From positions 218,769 through 282,768 of the forward strand of contig CAVXVG010000026.1 of the NCBI GenBank assembly GCA_963765145.1: DNA of 64,000 bases. Direction: 5' to 3'. Positions 10,520 through 21,522 of the stretch are shown in pieces. The stretch is from Parachlamydiales bacterium (GTDB lineage Bacteria > Chlamydiota > Chlamydiia > Chlamydiales > JAJFMK01). The notes beneath the pieces are model-generated. The model saw nothing but the letters and a program-made list of their open reading frames with translations. It ran no database searches and had not been told where the DNA came from. Position 1 is the stretch's first letter. Each line of letters begins with the position of its first letter. Position numbers and translations under genes: made by a program.

Positions 10520-10957
10520 TTAAACCTTTTCGGGGATGATGAGGGTGACGCCTGGGCGTATTTTGTTTTTGTTGGGGATGGTGGTCTTGTTGGCTTCCCA
10601 AATCATTTCCCACTTGGTTTCGGTGCCGTAGTACTTTTTAGAGATGGAAGATAAGGTCTCTTTGTCTTTCACGGTGTGCTTTTGTTCTACTGCTTCGATA
10701 GCAGGTGCTGGCGCTCCTTGAGTAACAATAGCGACTTCTTCAATAGGCTCTGCAGCGACAATGGGTGCGATTTTCCTTTCTTGGACAATCACAATCGGTT
10801 TTGCGGCTTCAATAGGAAGAGCAGGTGGCGGTGTGGCCGCCACTTTTTCTGCAGGATCTGAAATAAAAGACCGGAGGAGGGCAAAAAGAACCAACGCCGT
10901 GCAGAACGAAAAAATAACTGTTCTAAAGGTCGAACTCTCTCTTCTTCTAGACTTCAC
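10520..10957 (-). CDS. LysM-domain membrane-anchored protein
   Basis: 145 aa with an N-terminal TM segment (VIFSFCTALVLFALL), a Pro/Ala-rich linker and a C-terminal LysM domain (HTVKDKETLSSISKKYYGTETKWEMIWEANKTTIPNKNKIRPGVTLIIP). Confidence 0.8.
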   Translation of the reverse strand: MKSRRRESSTFRTVIFSFCTALVLFALLRSFISDPAEKVAATPPPALPIEAAKPIVIVQERKIAPIVAAEPIEEVAIVTQGAPAPAIEAVEQKHTVKDKETLSSISKKYYGTETKWEMIWEANKTTIPNKNKIRPGVTLIIPEKV

Positions 10958-10984
10958 TCCTATCCTCTCTTTATGTAGTTTTTA

Positions 10985-11110
10985 CAGCAATTCCAGCCAA
11001 TTTTTTACATAACCCAGGGTTGCGTCACCCTTTCAGGGTTTCCTTACCCTGGGCTACATTCCTTCACCCCATGCTGGGGTGCTTCCTCTCGTTTTCAGCG
11101 GGAATTGCTG
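10985..11110. repeat. R2 element (terminal inverted repeats CAGCAATTCC / GGAATTGCTG), copy 1
   Basis: 126 bp with the core CCCAGGGTTGCGTCACCCTTTCAGGGTT..CCCTGGGCTACATTCCTTCACCCCATGCTGGGGTGCTTC. Other copies lie at 52833-52964 (same orientation) and 63226-63505 (inverted, carrying an insertion). The right end overlaps the last codons and the stop of fba. Confidence 0.85.
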
Positions 11111-12183
11111 TAGTTTTTAGATGGTTTTGCCGATTCGCCATAAACTCCATCTTTATACCTTTTGGCCATTTCTTCCAAGGTAACAAATGGGACATCTGCA
11201 GCATGGCCTGCTTGACCAAACTGTGTCATTCTTTCTTCGCAAATTTTTTGCATCGCAGATCTGGCTGGCACCATATATTTGCGCAAATCAAACTCTGCCG
11301 GGTCTTCAGCCAACACTTTTCGGATAGCCGCTGTCATGGCTAGGCGGTTATCAGTGTCGACATTGATTTTACGGACACCGGCTTTGATCCCTTTTTGAAT
11401 TTCACTGACAGGCACGCCCCAAGTCGGTCTGATTTTTCCACCATGCTTATTGATTTCGGCAATCAGATCTTGTGGTACAGAAGAGCTTCCGTGCATCACC
11501 AAGTGGCAATCGGGTATTTTTTCGTGGATTTCTAAAATTCTGTCGATCGCTAACACCTCTTTGTCGGGTGCGCGAGAAAATTTATAGGCTCCATGGCTTG
11601 TCCCAATGGCAACAGCAAGCGCGTCGACACCAGTTCTTTTGACAAAGTCAACTGCTTGATCAGGGTCGGTCAGCAATTGATCCATCGTCAACTTTCCTTC
11701 AGCCCCATGGCCATCTTCTTTGTCTCCATGGCCCGTTTCTAAAGAACCCAAAACACCAAGTTCCCCTTCGACTGACACGCCAAGAGAGTGGGCTGCATCA
11801 ACCACATACCGTGTGACATCGACGTTATATTCATATGAGGCAGGTGTTTTTCCATCTTCTTCTAACGATCCGTCCATCATGACACTTGTAAACCCAAGCC
11901 TCATCGCACTTAAGCAAGTTTCGGGGCCATTGCCGTGGTCTTGGTGCATCACAATAGGAATTTCTGGGTACAACTCTGAGGCAGCAATCATCAAATGCAT
12001 TAAAAAGTGGTCATTTGTGTATTTTCGTGCACCGCGGCTTGCTTGGACAATCACCGGACTTTTTGTCTTTCGGGCAGCTTCCATGATCGCTTGGATTTGC
12101 TCCATGTTGTTGACGTTGAGAGCAACACATCCAAAACCCTTATTTTTGGCCACATCTAGAAGAACTCGCATCGGAATTAGCAT
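11095..12183 (-). CDS. fba: fructose-bisphosphate aldolase, class II
   Basis: 362 aa with class II FBA motifs: [30 protein letters not shown] and LVMHGSSS. Confidence 0.9.
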   Translation of the reverse strand: MLIPMRVLLDVAKNKGFGCVALNVNNMEQIQAIMEAARKTKSPVIVQASRGARKYTNDHFLMHLMIAASELYPEIPIVMHQDHGNGPETCLSAMRLGFTSVMMDGSLEEDGKTPASYEYNVDVTRYVVDAAHSLGVSVEGELGVLGSLETGHGDKEDGHGAEGKLTMDQLLTDPDQAVDFVKRTGVDALAVAIGTSHGAYKFSRAPDKEVLAIDRILEIHEKIPDCHLVMHGSSSVPQDLIAEINKHGGKIRPTWGVPVSEIQKGIKAGVRKINVDTDNRLAMTAAIRKVLAEDPAEFDLRKYMVPARSAMQKICEERMTQFGQAGHAADVPFVTLEEMAKRYKDGVYGESAKPSKNYSNSR

Positions 12184-12258
12184 AAATCACCTGTTGAAGT
12201 GGAAAGATCATCGCAAGAGTTGATCAAAAAAGGCAAGCCATGCGAGTGTCCAAGTGTC

Positions 12259-14352
12259 ATGAAAGAAAAACCCGAACACACCAACCGCTTAATCAACGAG
12301 AAATCTCCTTATCTTCTTCAGCATGCGCACAATCCAATCGATTGGTATCCATGGGGAGAAGAGGCATTTACTGTAGCCAAAGAGCAGGACAAACCTATCT
12401 TTTTATCGATCGGGTATGCCACGTGCCACTGGTGCCATGTGATGGAAGAAGAGTCGTTTCGAGATCCCGAGGTAGCCAAATTTTTCAACTCAACTTTCAT
12501 TAACATTAAAGTTGATCGAGAAGAGTTGCCCGAGGTGGACAGCCTTTATATGGAATTTGCTCAAGGGATGGTTTCAGGGGCTTTAGGTTGGCCGCTAAAC
12601 CTTATTTTGACTCCGGAGCTTCACCCTCTTTTTGCTGCGACCTATTTGCCCCCTAAAAATAGAGGCGGTTCCATGGGACTCATCGATTTGGCCAAACAAA
12701 TCGGAGAGGTGTGGAAAGGAGAAGAAAGGGCTCAACTAGTAGAACAAGCCCATCGAATCATCGAGGTCATTCGTTCTACTAACCAATATGAGCAAGGGCC
12801 TGTTCCGCCCAAAGAAGCGATTGATAAAAGTGCAGAACTTTTCTTTAAAATGGCCGACCCAATTTGGGGTGGACTAAAAGGGGCTCCTAAATTTCCGTTG
12901 GCGTATCAACTAAACTTTTTGACGCGCTATGCGAAAGTCAGAAAGGACAGCAGAGCTCTTTTCTTAGTAGAAAAAACACTAGATAAAATGGCTCGTGGCG
13001 GCATCAATGACCATTTAGGCGGGGGTTTTTCTCGCTACAGCGTTGATGAAAAGTGGAGGGTTCCTCACTTTGAAAAAATGTTATATGACAATGCGATCAT
13101 TGCCGAGGCCTATTTGGAAGGTTACCTTGCAGAGTCCAATGAAGTATTAAAAGACGTCGTGATCAAAACACTCGACTATGCTTTGGATGAAATGAGGGGC
13201 GACGATGGAGGTTTTTTCTCGGCCCAAGATGCAGACTCTGAAGGAAAAGAGGGGGTTTACTATACCTGGACACCTGATGAGGTGAGGGCGTTGTTTGATC
13301 CTAAAGATGCAGATCTTCTTTGCCTATATTTCGATATCACCCCATTTGGCAACTTTGAGGGGCGCTCTGTCATAGCAACACCTGATAGTCCGGAAGAATT
13401 TGCCTTAAGATACGGTGTTGAACCGAAAGCTTTTAAAGCACTTTTACATGAGGCAGTCCCTCTTTTACTGAAAACAAGAAGAAAAAGGACGCCTCCGCAA
13501 AAAGATGATAAAATTTTGACCTCTTGGAACGGCATGATCATCAATGCCCTTGCCAAAGCAGGCAGAAGTTTAAGGGTGCAACGGTTTTTAAAGGCTGCAG
13601 AGATGTGCGCCCAATTTTTACTGACCTCTCTGTGGGTTTCCGGGGAACTTAAGCACAGATTTCGGGAAGGGGATGCGGCCATCCATGCAACGGTGGATGA
13701 TTTTGTCCACCTGATCCGTGGACTTTTATCCCTGTTTGAAGCCACTCAAGAGACCACTTTACTTCGTTGGGCGATCGATTTAACTGAAGAGGTAGAAACG
13801 CGATTTCGGATCAAAGAGGGTGGGTATTATCAGACTGATCAATTTGAGCCCTATTTGATCTTGAGAAAAGCGCAGTTTGCTGATGGGGCCGAGCCAAGCG
13901 GCAATAGTGTCCACGGAGAAAATCTTCTGCGGCTTTATCAAATGACATTTGATAAGAAATATTTAGAGAGGGCTGAGGCCCTTTTTGGCGTCTTGAATGT
14001 CCCTCTTTCGTCGGTATCTCCCGGTTATCTTTATAGTATGATGAATCTTTTGAGGTACCACGACCCGCAAGCGACTACTTACGTGCTTGCTCTTGATAAA
14101 GAGGGCCATTTGAGAGAAGAAGTGCAGGAAAAATTTTTCAAAAGCTATCATCCACATAGTACTCTTTTGATTTTGGAAGAAGAAGGAGACCTGAAGCGGG
14201 CTTTGATTCCAGCGCTTGAACCGTACCGTCCCGTTGACCGTCAAACAACACTCTATCTTTGCAGATCTGGCATCTGCGGCCCCCCAATTGTGGGTAAAGA
14301 AAAAATATTAGGGTCTGTTAGCTTGAAATCAGATATAATAGGTGAGCCGTGA
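12259..14352 (+). CDS. thioredoxin-domain protein of the YyaL/DUF255 (SSP411-like) family
   Basis: [22 protein letters not shown] followed by the CHWCHVM redox motif, then a long alpha-helical C-terminal region. The track ORF starts at 12199 with a non-ATG codon only 16 nt from the divergent fba start. The first ATG (12259, MKEKPEH) is preferred, but the start is uncertain. Confidence 0.8.
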   Translation: MKEKPEHTNRLINEKSPYLLQHAHNPIDWYPWGEEAFTVAKEQDKPIFLSIGYATCHWCHVMEEESFRDPEVAKFFNSTFINIKVDREELPEVDSLYMEFAQGMVSGALGWPLNLILTPELHPLFAATYLPPKNRGGSMGLIDLAKQIGEVWKGEERAQLVEQAHRIIEVIRSTNQYEQGPVPPKEAIDKSAELFFKMADPIWGGLKGAPKFPLAYQLNFLTRYAKVRKDSRALFLVEKTLDKMARGGINDHLGGGFSRYSVDEKWRVPHFEKMLYDNAIIAEAYLEGYLAESNEVLKDVVIKTLDYALDEMRGDDGGFFSAQDADSEGKEGVYYTWTPDEVRALFDPKDADLLCLYFDITPFGNFEGRSVIATPDSPEEFALRYGVEPKAFKALLHEAVPLLLKTRRKRTPPQKDDKILTSWNGMIINALAKAGRSLRVQRFLKAAEMCAQFLLTSLWVSGELKHRFREGDAAIHATVDDFVHLIRGLLSLFEATQETTLLRWAIDLTEEVETRFRIKEGGYYQTDQFEPYLILRKAQFADGAEPSGNSVHGENLLRLYQMTFDKKYLERAEALFGVLNVPLSSVSPGYLYSMMNLLRYHDPQATTYVLALDKEGHLREEVQEKFFKSYHPHSTLLILEEEGDLKRALIPALEPYRPVDRQTTLYLCRSGICGPPIVGKEKILGSVSLKSDIIGEP

Positions 14353-16223
14353 ACTCTTTTAAGCCGTTAAAACCGCTCCCTTCTCCCTTGCATCCTCCAG
14401 AACCTGAGGATGAAAAGGATATGCTCGAGCTTCTAGAAAAGCCTGGAAATTTAGATCTGGCAAAAGAAAAACTGATCCAGATGCTGCAGAAAGGGAGATT
14501 TTCTGAAGAACTTTGGGCTCTTTATCTTGAGACATTGTTGATTGAAAAAGAGACCAATCAAGAGCTTTTGTCTTCAGATCTTTTAGAAATTTTCCCCTAC
14601 GTAGCCTCGGTCGCCAAGTCGGGTGGTGTAAAACTTAGCCCTTCTTTTTTATGGAGATGGGGCCTAACTCACTATGCAATTGGCTTGCAAGGCGAGGAAC
14701 CGTGGGACTTTGTCCGGTCTATCTCACTTTTGAAACGAGCCATCTCTTTTGGGATGGAAAGGGGCAGCCTCTGCTTTGATTTGGCCAAATGCTATTTTTT
14801 TCTCCAAAGATTGTTGAAAGACCGATCTTACCTCGAAGAGGCCATCCGTTGGCTCGAGCGAGGCGAAAGGCTAACAGGGGGCATTCAAGAAGAGATGTTA
14901 CCCCTATTTCGGGTGATCAGCTTAAGCCTTTTCCAAGAATCTCCTTCTGAAGAGCTATTGAACTGGAGCATCCGTTTTTTTACCCCGGAACTACCCAATG
15001 AAGGGGTTGAAGAATGGGTCGAAAAGGGAAGATATTACCTCAATGCCGCTCGGTTTAAAGGGGACTTAACGCTTTATCAAAAAGCTTTAGAACAGTTTCA
15101 AAAGGCTGAAGAAGCCGGCTATGATTCTGCCGATATGACCCTTATGCTGGGTGAAACCTTTCTTGGAATGGGTGCAGATGGAGAGCGGATCGACCTTTTA
15201 CGTGAGGGGCAAAATCTTTTAGAGTATGTCGCCGATCTTCATCCGGAAAATAACCGTCCTTTAGAGCTTCTTGCAGAAGGATATTTTGAAGAGGGTTCTT
15301 TTTTACAAGATCAAAGTTTAATAGAACTTGCTTGTGATGCCTACTTCGAAGCGCTCTCTGTCGATCCAACATCCGGAGATGGATATTGGGGTTTAGCACG
15401 TGCATTGACCCTTTTAGGAGAATTAAAAGGGGATATTGTCTCGATCCAAAGGGCTTCCTGGTTTTTTGCAGAATCTGAATACCATCTGAAAGATAAACCA
15501 GCTCTTTTCTATGCAGATTGGGGCTTTTGCCTCTTAAAATTTGCTGAATTGACGCAGGACAATGCGTATGTGAGTTTAGCAATTATTAGGCTTGAACAGG
15601 CTCTGAAATCCCTCGGAAATGATGCGGCTCCGAGTGAATGGTTGTACCATTTGGGATGTGCTTATGACCTGCTAGGCGATCAAACCATGCAGATCTCCGA
15701 CTACGAAAAAGCCATCTATTTTCTCACGCGGGCTATGACGGCTGAGCCACCACATCCTTATGTGCGGTTTAATTTGGCATCGGCCCTTTCCCATTTAGGA
15801 GAAGCAACAAATGAGCCGGAGTGTTTTGAGAAGGCCTTTGAACTTTTTCGTACCCAAGCAGAAAAAGACCCGGAAGATGATGTGGTTTTTGCCGAATGGG
15901 GAGTGTCACTTTTAAGCTTTGCAGAACTTGTGGACGACCCTTCACTTCCTACTCGAAAGGAGTCGGTATTCCGTGAGGCTGAAGATCGTTTAGAGTGGGC
16001 CCGTCGCCATGGCAATTTGCATGCTAGCTACCATTTAGCCTGCCTTCACTCGTTGCAGGGCAACTTAGACGCCGCTAACCACTTTTTAGAAAGAGCCGAT
16101 GTGATGGGAGTTCTTCCCCCTCCAGACGAGCTCATCGAAGATGAGTGGCTAGATGCCGTCCAGGCTACCCCCCAATTCGAAGCCCTAGTCGCCCGCATCA
16201 AAGCTAAGAAAAAGCCCACATAA
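14349..16223 (+). CDS. hypothetical helical-repeat (TPR-like) protein
   Basis: 624 aa with a 4-nt overlap (GTGA) on the upstream gene, suggesting translational coupling. Repeated A/Y/L helix-pair patterns are present (for example [33 protein letters not shown]). The family is not recognised. Confidence 0.55.
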   Translation: MNSFKPLKPLPSPLHPPEPEDEKDMLELLEKPGNLDLAKEKLIQMLQKGRFSEELWALYLETLLIEKETNQELLSSDLLEIFPYVASVAKSGGVKLSPSFLWRWGLTHYAIGLQGEEPWDFVRSISLLKRAISFGMERGSLCFDLAKCYFFLQRLLKDRSYLEEAIRWLERGERLTGGIQEEMLPLFRVISLSLFQESPSEELLNWSIRFFTPELPNEGVEEWVEKGRYYLNAARFKGDLTLYQKALEQFQKAEEAGYDSADMTLMLGETFLGMGADGERIDLLREGQNLLEYVADLHPENNRPLELLAEGYFEEGSFLQDQSLIELACDAYFEALSVDPTSGDGYWGLARALTLLGELKGDIVSIQRASWFFAESEYHLKDKPALFYADWGFCLLKFAELTQDNAYVSLAIIRLEQALKSLGNDAAPSEWLYHLGCAYDLLGDQTMQISDYEKAIYFLTRAMTAEPPHPYVRFNLASALSHLGEATNEPECFEKAFELFRTQAEKDPEDDVVFAEWGVSLLSFAELVDDPSLPTRKESVFREAEDRLEWARRHGNLHASYHLACLHSLQGNLDAANHFLERADVMGVLPPPDELIEDEWLDAVQATPQFEALVARIKAKKKPT

Positions 16224-16224
16224 A

Positions 16225-16330
16225 TGTAGCTTAGGCTTTAGCCTGAGCTCGTTTTGCAGGACTTTAGTCCTGCTGGAAGCTTGCGGGTTAAAACCCGCAA
16301 AAACGAACTCAGGCTAAAGCCTAAGCTACA
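16225..16330. repeat. R3 palindromic element (TGTAGCTTAGGCTTTAGCCTGAGCTCG...), copy 1
   Basis: A 106-bp hairpin with two inner hairpins (GCAGGACTTTAGTCCTGC, GCGGGTTAAAACCCGC). It exactly fills the gap between two convergent stop codons (16223 and 16331). A second copy lies at 59720-59813. Confidence 0.85.
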
Positions 16331-16966
16331 TTATACAGGGATGTCTTTGGTGTCGAGCGTAGGGCCAATGTTTTGCAAAGCCAGTTTGTACTTGTCGGGC
16401 TCTGCATCTTTAATGTCTTGAAGGAAGGCTTTACGGTCGTGGGTGTTCATGTGGGGAAAGAGAACCTCCATCATTCCGACTAGTTGATCGACTGTCATTT
16501 CGTGATAGGTTTTGGCTTCCACTTTCTTGAGCTCTTCATCGCTATAGAGTCGCTGCAATTCGGGCAAAATCGTCGTCTCTTCTTGGTAAAGATGGGCCAG
16601 ATTGTCTGCTACAAATTTTCTGTAATAGAGGTAAAATTGATAGCCACCCTCAACTTGTTCCTCTTCCGACTTGGCTTGAATAGCTTTATCTAACAGCTTC
16701 ATTAAGTGCTTAAAATCGAGCTCTTGTTCCTCATGATCTTTCTCGATTTGTGTCAAAATTTCAGAGTTTTTTCCCTTCAGTAGGCCATGTAATTTGTCAT
16801 TCTCATAGGCAGCATGCCCATTTAGCATACTAATTAACCTTTCAAGCTCTAACTGAAGCCTTTTTGTCTCTTCGGGAGATCGAAAGTCAATTTTAGCGGC
16901 TATCCTCTCAACGTCGTTGAGTGCGGCACTTACAAATTTATGCTCTCTGTAGAATTTGTATCTCAT
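16331..16966 (-). CDS. hemerythrin-like (HHE cation-binding) domain protein
   Basis: 211 aa with three His/Glu-containing helix motifs (HAAYENDKLH, EKDHEEQELDFKH, LAHLYQEE) spaced as in hemerythrin-like domains. Confidence 0.5.
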   Translation of the reverse strand: MRYKFYREHKFVSAALNDVERIAAKIDFRSPEETKRLQLELERLISMLNGHAAYENDKLHGLLKGKNSEILTQIEKDHEEQELDFKHLMKLLDKAIQAKSEEEQVEGGYQFYLYYRKFVADNLAHLYQEETTILPELQRLYSDEELKKVEAKTYHEMTVDQLVGMMEVLFPHMNTHDRKAFLQDIKDAEPDKYKLALQNIGPTLDTKDIPV

Positions 16967-17013
16967 TTCTTCAGCTTAATCTTTCTTTAATTAAAATAAG
17001 TTATCATGCTTGC

Positions 17014-17787
17014 ATGAATATTTTGAATGTTATCCATCAAAACATTGTTGCACCGATAACAGAAAAGATAGGCCATCTGAATAAGAAAGTCGATGGGGCG
17101 AGCCAAGATCCAGATCTTTATAAAGCTTTACTAGCTACGGATGCAGCTTTTGCTATAGCTACATGGTCAATGCTTAATGGAAAAGGTTTCATGCTTCTTT
17201 TGCACGAAGTTGTTGGGCATGGTTTTTTTGGCTATCGCATGACCACAGATTACACAAACGGAGTCAAACCGAGTTTTTCAATTAAGCCAAGAACCTCTTC
17301 AAGTAACTCTTTGATAAGCTTTCTTTTTAAACTAAATTTTGACGGATTAGCTAATCCTGGGCATGGAAAGCCTAATTGGTTAGGTAAACGACTAGGGACA
17401 GACGGGACATTAGCCTGGCATGCTTTTTCCGGTTCAGTTCCTCAACTTTTTTTAGATACAGCCCTAGCTCTTGGGGGTATTCAGCTTTTTAAGAAACACC
17501 CGTTTTTTGGCTTTTTTCTTACCTTTTATGGGTTGATTTCTCATCTGTCTAATGCACGCTATCCCATTACTGCAGGCTTGATGAGTCCGCAAAAACTTCT
17601 TTCTGAAGCAAAAATGGGGCACGATTTTTCCAGATTTGCTGTTTGCATGAGCAATATAACAGGGGCTAATCCGCAGAAGATTGCCCGGATCACCGCAGCA
17701 GTGTTTCTTCTAAGCGTCCCTTTAATCTGCCTGCTCTACGCCCGAAGCCTTAAAAAGCAGGAACCCGAGGCAGTGCCACCAACTTAG
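17014..17787 (+). CDS. polytopic membrane protein with an HExxH zincin-like motif
   Basis: LLLHEVVGHGFFGY contains HEVVGH, and several hydrophobic segments are present. The track start at 16921 overlaps the divergent gene, so the first in-frame ATG at 17014 (MNILNV) is used. Confidence 0.45.
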   Translation: MNILNVIHQNIVAPITEKIGHLNKKVDGASQDPDLYKALLATDAAFAIATWSMLNGKGFMLLLHEVVGHGFFGYRMTTDYTNGVKPSFSIKPRTSSSNSLISFLFKLNFDGLANPGHGKPNWLGKRLGTDGTLAWHAFSGSVPQLFLDTALALGGIQLFKKHPFFGFFLTFYGLISHLSNARYPITAGLMSPQKLLSEAKMGHDFSRFAVCMSNITGANPQKIARITAAVFLLSVPLICLLYARSLKKQEPEAVPPT

Positions 17788-17802
17788 GTAAAAGCTTCTT
17801 GT

Positions 17803-17826
17803 AAATTTAACAGGGAGAACAGGAGA
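17803..17826. repeat. solo arm of the R8 element
   Basis: AAATTTAACAGGGAGAACAGGAG matches the left arm of R8 at 22092-22114. No partner arm is seen nearby. Confidence 0.4.
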
Positions 17827-18047
17827 TGGAGGCGATATAGAGAGTGTGAAAAAAGTGGTTGATGAGCTGCTAAGTGATATATTTCCTGGCATTCAGGACC
17901 ATCAGAAACCGGTTCTCAAAGAATTTGTCGTAGATTTAATAGTAGACTGGCCAGAAATTCAACAAGCAATGGATAAATTACCCAAAGAAGTATAAACGCA
18001 AGTCCCGACCAAGTTTAGGTCGGAACTTGTGTTAAGAAGAAGGGGTG

Positions 18048-19851
18048 TTAACGCTTGGCGGGGATTGGGGCTTTTCTCATCCGGATAACGGTTGGGGTTA
18101 CCTCGATCCACTCATCGTCTGCAATGAAGTCGATCGCTTGCTCAAGTGTGAAACGGCGGGGAGGGGTGAGGACGATGTTCTCGTCATTTCCCGAAGCCCG
18201 AACGTTTGTTAGCTGTTTACCCTTTGTTAGGTTAACCTCGAGGTCATTGTCTCGAGAGTGTTCTCCGACAATCATCCCTTGATAAACCTCTTCACCAGGC
18301 GATAAGAATAACTCGCCACGCTCTTGCAATGAGAAAGAAGCATAGCCAGTCACTTGTCCTTGGCACATCGAGACTAAAACGCCCCGCTTTCTGCCTGGGA
18401 TTTCACCTTTAAAAGGGATGTAGCAGTCAAAAACAGAGGTTAAAATTCCAAGACCGCGTGTCATGGTAAGGAAAGAGTTTCCGGAAACCCATCAAACCAC
18501 GGGTCGGAATCATAAACTCTAGTTGAGTCATGCCATGCTCATTTGTGGTCAAATTTTGCATTTCACCTTTACGGCGGCTCATCTCTTCAATGACACTTCC
18601 TGCAAATTCTTCTGGCACTTGAAGGGTTGCCCTTTCTTGTGGCTCATGTGTAACACCTTCGATTACTTTGGTGATAACCTGTGGTTTCATGAGCGAGAAT
18701 TCGAAGTTATCTCTTCTCATCGCTTCGATTAGAACCGCTAAGTGCAATTCACCCTTTCCGGCGACAGAAATTTTATCTTGCGAACTAGTGAGGTCAATTT
18801 TAAGGGAAATGTTGGCCTTTTTCTCTCTTTCAAGACGCTCTTTGATCTTATTGATGGTCACATGCTTTCCGCTGCGGCCAACAAAGGGGCTAGAGTTAAC
18901 GCAAATGTCGATCGAAACGGTCGGCTCTTCAAGCTTAATCCTCGGCAATTTGACGATTTTTTCAGGTGAGCAAAGGGTGTCGCCGATGATCACTTCGGGC
19001 ATGCCAGAAATGCTGACAATGTCGCCGGCTCCCGCCTCGTCCATCTCAACTTTGATAATCCCTTGGTAACCTTCGATTTTGGTCACTTGCCGTCTGTTTT
19101 CTTTTCCGCTTTCATCGATGTGGATGATCGTTTCACCCTTTTTAACAGTCCCTTGCAAGATACGTCCGGAAGCTTGGCGACCTAAGAAGTCGTCAAAAGA
19201 AGTTGTTGAAACATGCATTAAAAACTTTTCTTCGATGTCTCCGCCAGGAGGAGGAACCGCTTCGAGTACCATTTCGAAGAGAGGAGTCATGTCCTTTCTT
19301 TCGTCGCCGATGTGTTTAAAAGCAAAGCCCGAAAGACCGGAAGCATAGATGTGACGGAAATCAAGCTGTGCATCTGTAGCGCCAAGTTCAACGAAAAGGT
19401 CGAATGTTAGGTCGAGCACCTTGTCAGGAGCTGCGTGAGGTCTGTCGATTTTGTTGATCACAACAATCGGTTTTAATCCCATTTGCAAAGCTTTTGACAA
19501 CACAAACCGCGTTTGTGGCATAGGCCCTTCTAAAGCGTCTACTAGAAGAAGAACGGAGTCGACCATCCCTAAAATCCTTTCCACTTCGCCCGAAAAGTCG
19601 GCGTGGCCGGGAGTGTCGATGATGTTGATCTTGGTGTCGTTGTACATCACCGAAGTGTGCTTAGCGAATATCGTGATACCGCGCTCTTTTTCTTGATCGT
19701 AAGAGTCCATGACCCTTGCATCGACCGCTTGGTTATCGCGGAAGGTGTGTGTCTGCTTTAGCAAAGCGTCAAGCATCGTGGTTTTGCCATGGTCGATGTG
19801 AGCAATAATGGCGATGTTACGGATTTTGTTGGCGGGAAGTACGTTTTTCAT
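18048..19851 (-). pseudogene. typA: GTP-binding translation factor TypA/BipA, interrupted by one +1 frameshift
   Basis: ORF 18427-19851 carries the GTPase motifs [17 protein letters not shown] and NKID. It derails after GLMGFR. ORF 18048-18464 continues with TMTRGLGILTSVF...GKQLTNVRASG...IRMRK, the BipA C-terminus. Removing one A from CGGAAACTC (plus-strand TTT at 18478-18480) restores GLMGFRNSFLTMTRGLG. Confidence 0.9.
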
Positions 19852-19933
19852 AATAGGTACTAAAAAGGTAACATAAGTTGTATTTGATTTGAAACAGCTT
19901 AAGGGCTTATATTTTTATCTATAATGTGAGCGC

Positions 19934-21385
19934 ATGTTGGACCGATTCGAAGACGAAACAAGTGATGCAGGGGCAAAAGAAGTTCCTGAAAGTCATACAG
20001 AGCTTGTCGACGACTATTTGGATCAGTGTCTAGATAATGCTTTTGAGTCTGAAACCCAAAAAGTTGTCCTTCATGAAGTAGCGGCCATTGCATCGGAATT
20101 TGACCCGATCGACTTGGCCCATGCGGTGACCCGTCTTCCGGCAAGAGCCAGATTTATCGTCTATGACAACCTGCCCGACTTAGAATCAAAAAGTATTTTT
20201 ATGATTCACACGGGAGGCAACACCCGTTCGGCCATCTTACGACAGCTAAGCGACCAAGATATTCAAAAACTTGTTGATAAAATGCCGCCCGACGAGGCAG
20301 TCGCTGTATTAGACGATCTCCCTGCGCGCAGGTTAAAGAAAATTTTTGATCAATTAGAGCCTAGAAAGGGCAGAAAAATCAAAGAACTCCAGTCTCACAG
20401 TCGTTACAGTGCCGGCCGTTTGATGACCAACGAATTTTTTTCGTTTGGGCTGGACCAAACGATCATTGATGTGAGCCGCGCCATCCGAAACAATCCCGGA
20501 ATTGACCTGACAAGCGCCGTTTTTGTTGTGAACCCATCGGGAGAATTGATCGGCGTTGTCCCAAGCCGCAGCTTGATCGTCAATGCGCAAGACACCAGCT
20601 TGCGACGGATCATGGCGCCGGTTCAGCATAAAGTTTCTCCCGATACACCAAGAGATGATGTGGTCGATTTGGTAGACCGTTATTCCATTACCGCACTGCC
20701 TGTGGTCGATGATGAGGGGAGGCTAGTGGGTGTCATTTCGTATGAGGATGCTGTCGAAGCGATGCGAGATTTAGCGGATGAGACGATCGCAAGTTTTGCC
20801 GGTACAACAGAAGAGGTTTCTGAGGACGTCCCGACCTGGAATAGAATCCTTTATAGAAGCCCTTGGCTGGTTGTCACCTTGTTTGCCGGTATTACAACAA
20901 GTACCGTCATGACCCACTTTAAAGATTTAAGCTGGTTTGTCTTCGTCCCATTTTTTGTCCCTTTGATTGCTATGATGAGCGGCAATGTGGGCATTCAGTG
21001 CAGTACCATTTTAGTCCGATGGATGGCTCAAGGGGAGTTTTCTGCTACATCAAGAAAAGAGGCCGTTGCAAGCGAGCTAGTCGTTGGCTCCATTTTGAGC
21101 CTTATTTTTGGTGTTGGAGGGGGTTTCGTCATCTATTTCTTGAGTTTATGGGGAGTCTACCATACCGGCGGCGATTCGTTAGAGGTTAGCCTCATGGTCG
21201 CGTCTGGGCTGTTTTTTGCTTGCTTGACTGCCACCTGTCTCGGCACATTTTCTCCTATTTTATTTTACCGTATGAATATCGACCCTGCAGTGGCTTCCGG
21301 CCCTATTGTCACGGCATTCAACGACTTGTTATCGACCACAACGTTTATTTTGGTGGCCTATGGTGTCTTCCGCCTCTTCCTTTAG
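19934..21385 (+). CDS. mgtE: magnesium transporter MgtE
   Basis: 483 aa with an N-terminal MgtE domain, a CBS pair (ITALPVVDDEGRLVGVISYEDAVE) and a TM domain containing SGNVGIQ and PIVTAFNDLLS. Confidence 0.9.
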   Translation: MLDRFEDETSDAGAKEVPESHTELVDDYLDQCLDNAFESETQKVVLHEVAAIASEFDPIDLAHAVTRLPARARFIVYDNLPDLESKSIFMIHTGGNTRSAILRQLSDQDIQKLVDKMPPDEAVAVLDDLPARRLKKIFDQLEPRKGRKIKELQSHSRYSAGRLMTNEFFSFGLDQTIIDVSRAIRNNPGIDLTSAVFVVNPSGELIGVVPSRSLIVNAQDTSLRRIMAPVQHKVSPDTPRDDVVDLVDRYSITALPVVDDEGRLVGVISYEDAVEAMRDLADETIASFAGTTEEVSEDVPTWNRILYRSPWLVVTLFAGITTSTVMTHFKDLSWFVFVPFFVPLIAMMSGNVGIQCSTILVRWMAQGEFSATSRKEAVASELVVGSILSLIFGVGGGFVIYFLSLWGVYHTGGDSLEVSLMVASGLFFACLTATCLGTFSPILFYRMNIDPAVASGPIVTAFNDLLSTTTFILVAYGVFRLFL

Positions 21386-21522
21386 TCAAAAGTTTTGGGA
21401 AAGCTTCTCTTTACGTACCACTACAGCTTAAAATTCTAGCTTTTGATGCCTTCGAGTATCTAAAAGTTGTATTCAGGTACTACCGAAATGGGCCCTTTGC
21501 CAGAGCCGATTTTTCTTTAGTC

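Noticed and set aside
13260-13745. Long antisense ORFs inside well-supported genes (13260-13745, 15142-15582, 18668-19069, 57143-57538, 58091-58510, 53438-53878, 51924-52367, 11720-12223)
   Set aside because: They lie fully within, and opposite to, genes with clear family motifs. Their compositions are biased (Ser/Arg/Leu-rich) in the way typical of antisense frames.
19852-19933. M-box (Mg2+) riboswitch upstream of mgtE
   Set aside because: The typA-mgtE divergent spacer is only 82 nt, which is too short for an M-box aptamer of ~160 nt. I see no conserved M-box helices.
21220-21522. Upstream extension of the methyltransferase ORF (track start 21220)
   Set aside because: The first 55 codons overlap the 3' end of mgtE in another frame. 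The first ATG after the mgtE stop is 21523. A non-ATG start between 21386 and 21522 remains possible.
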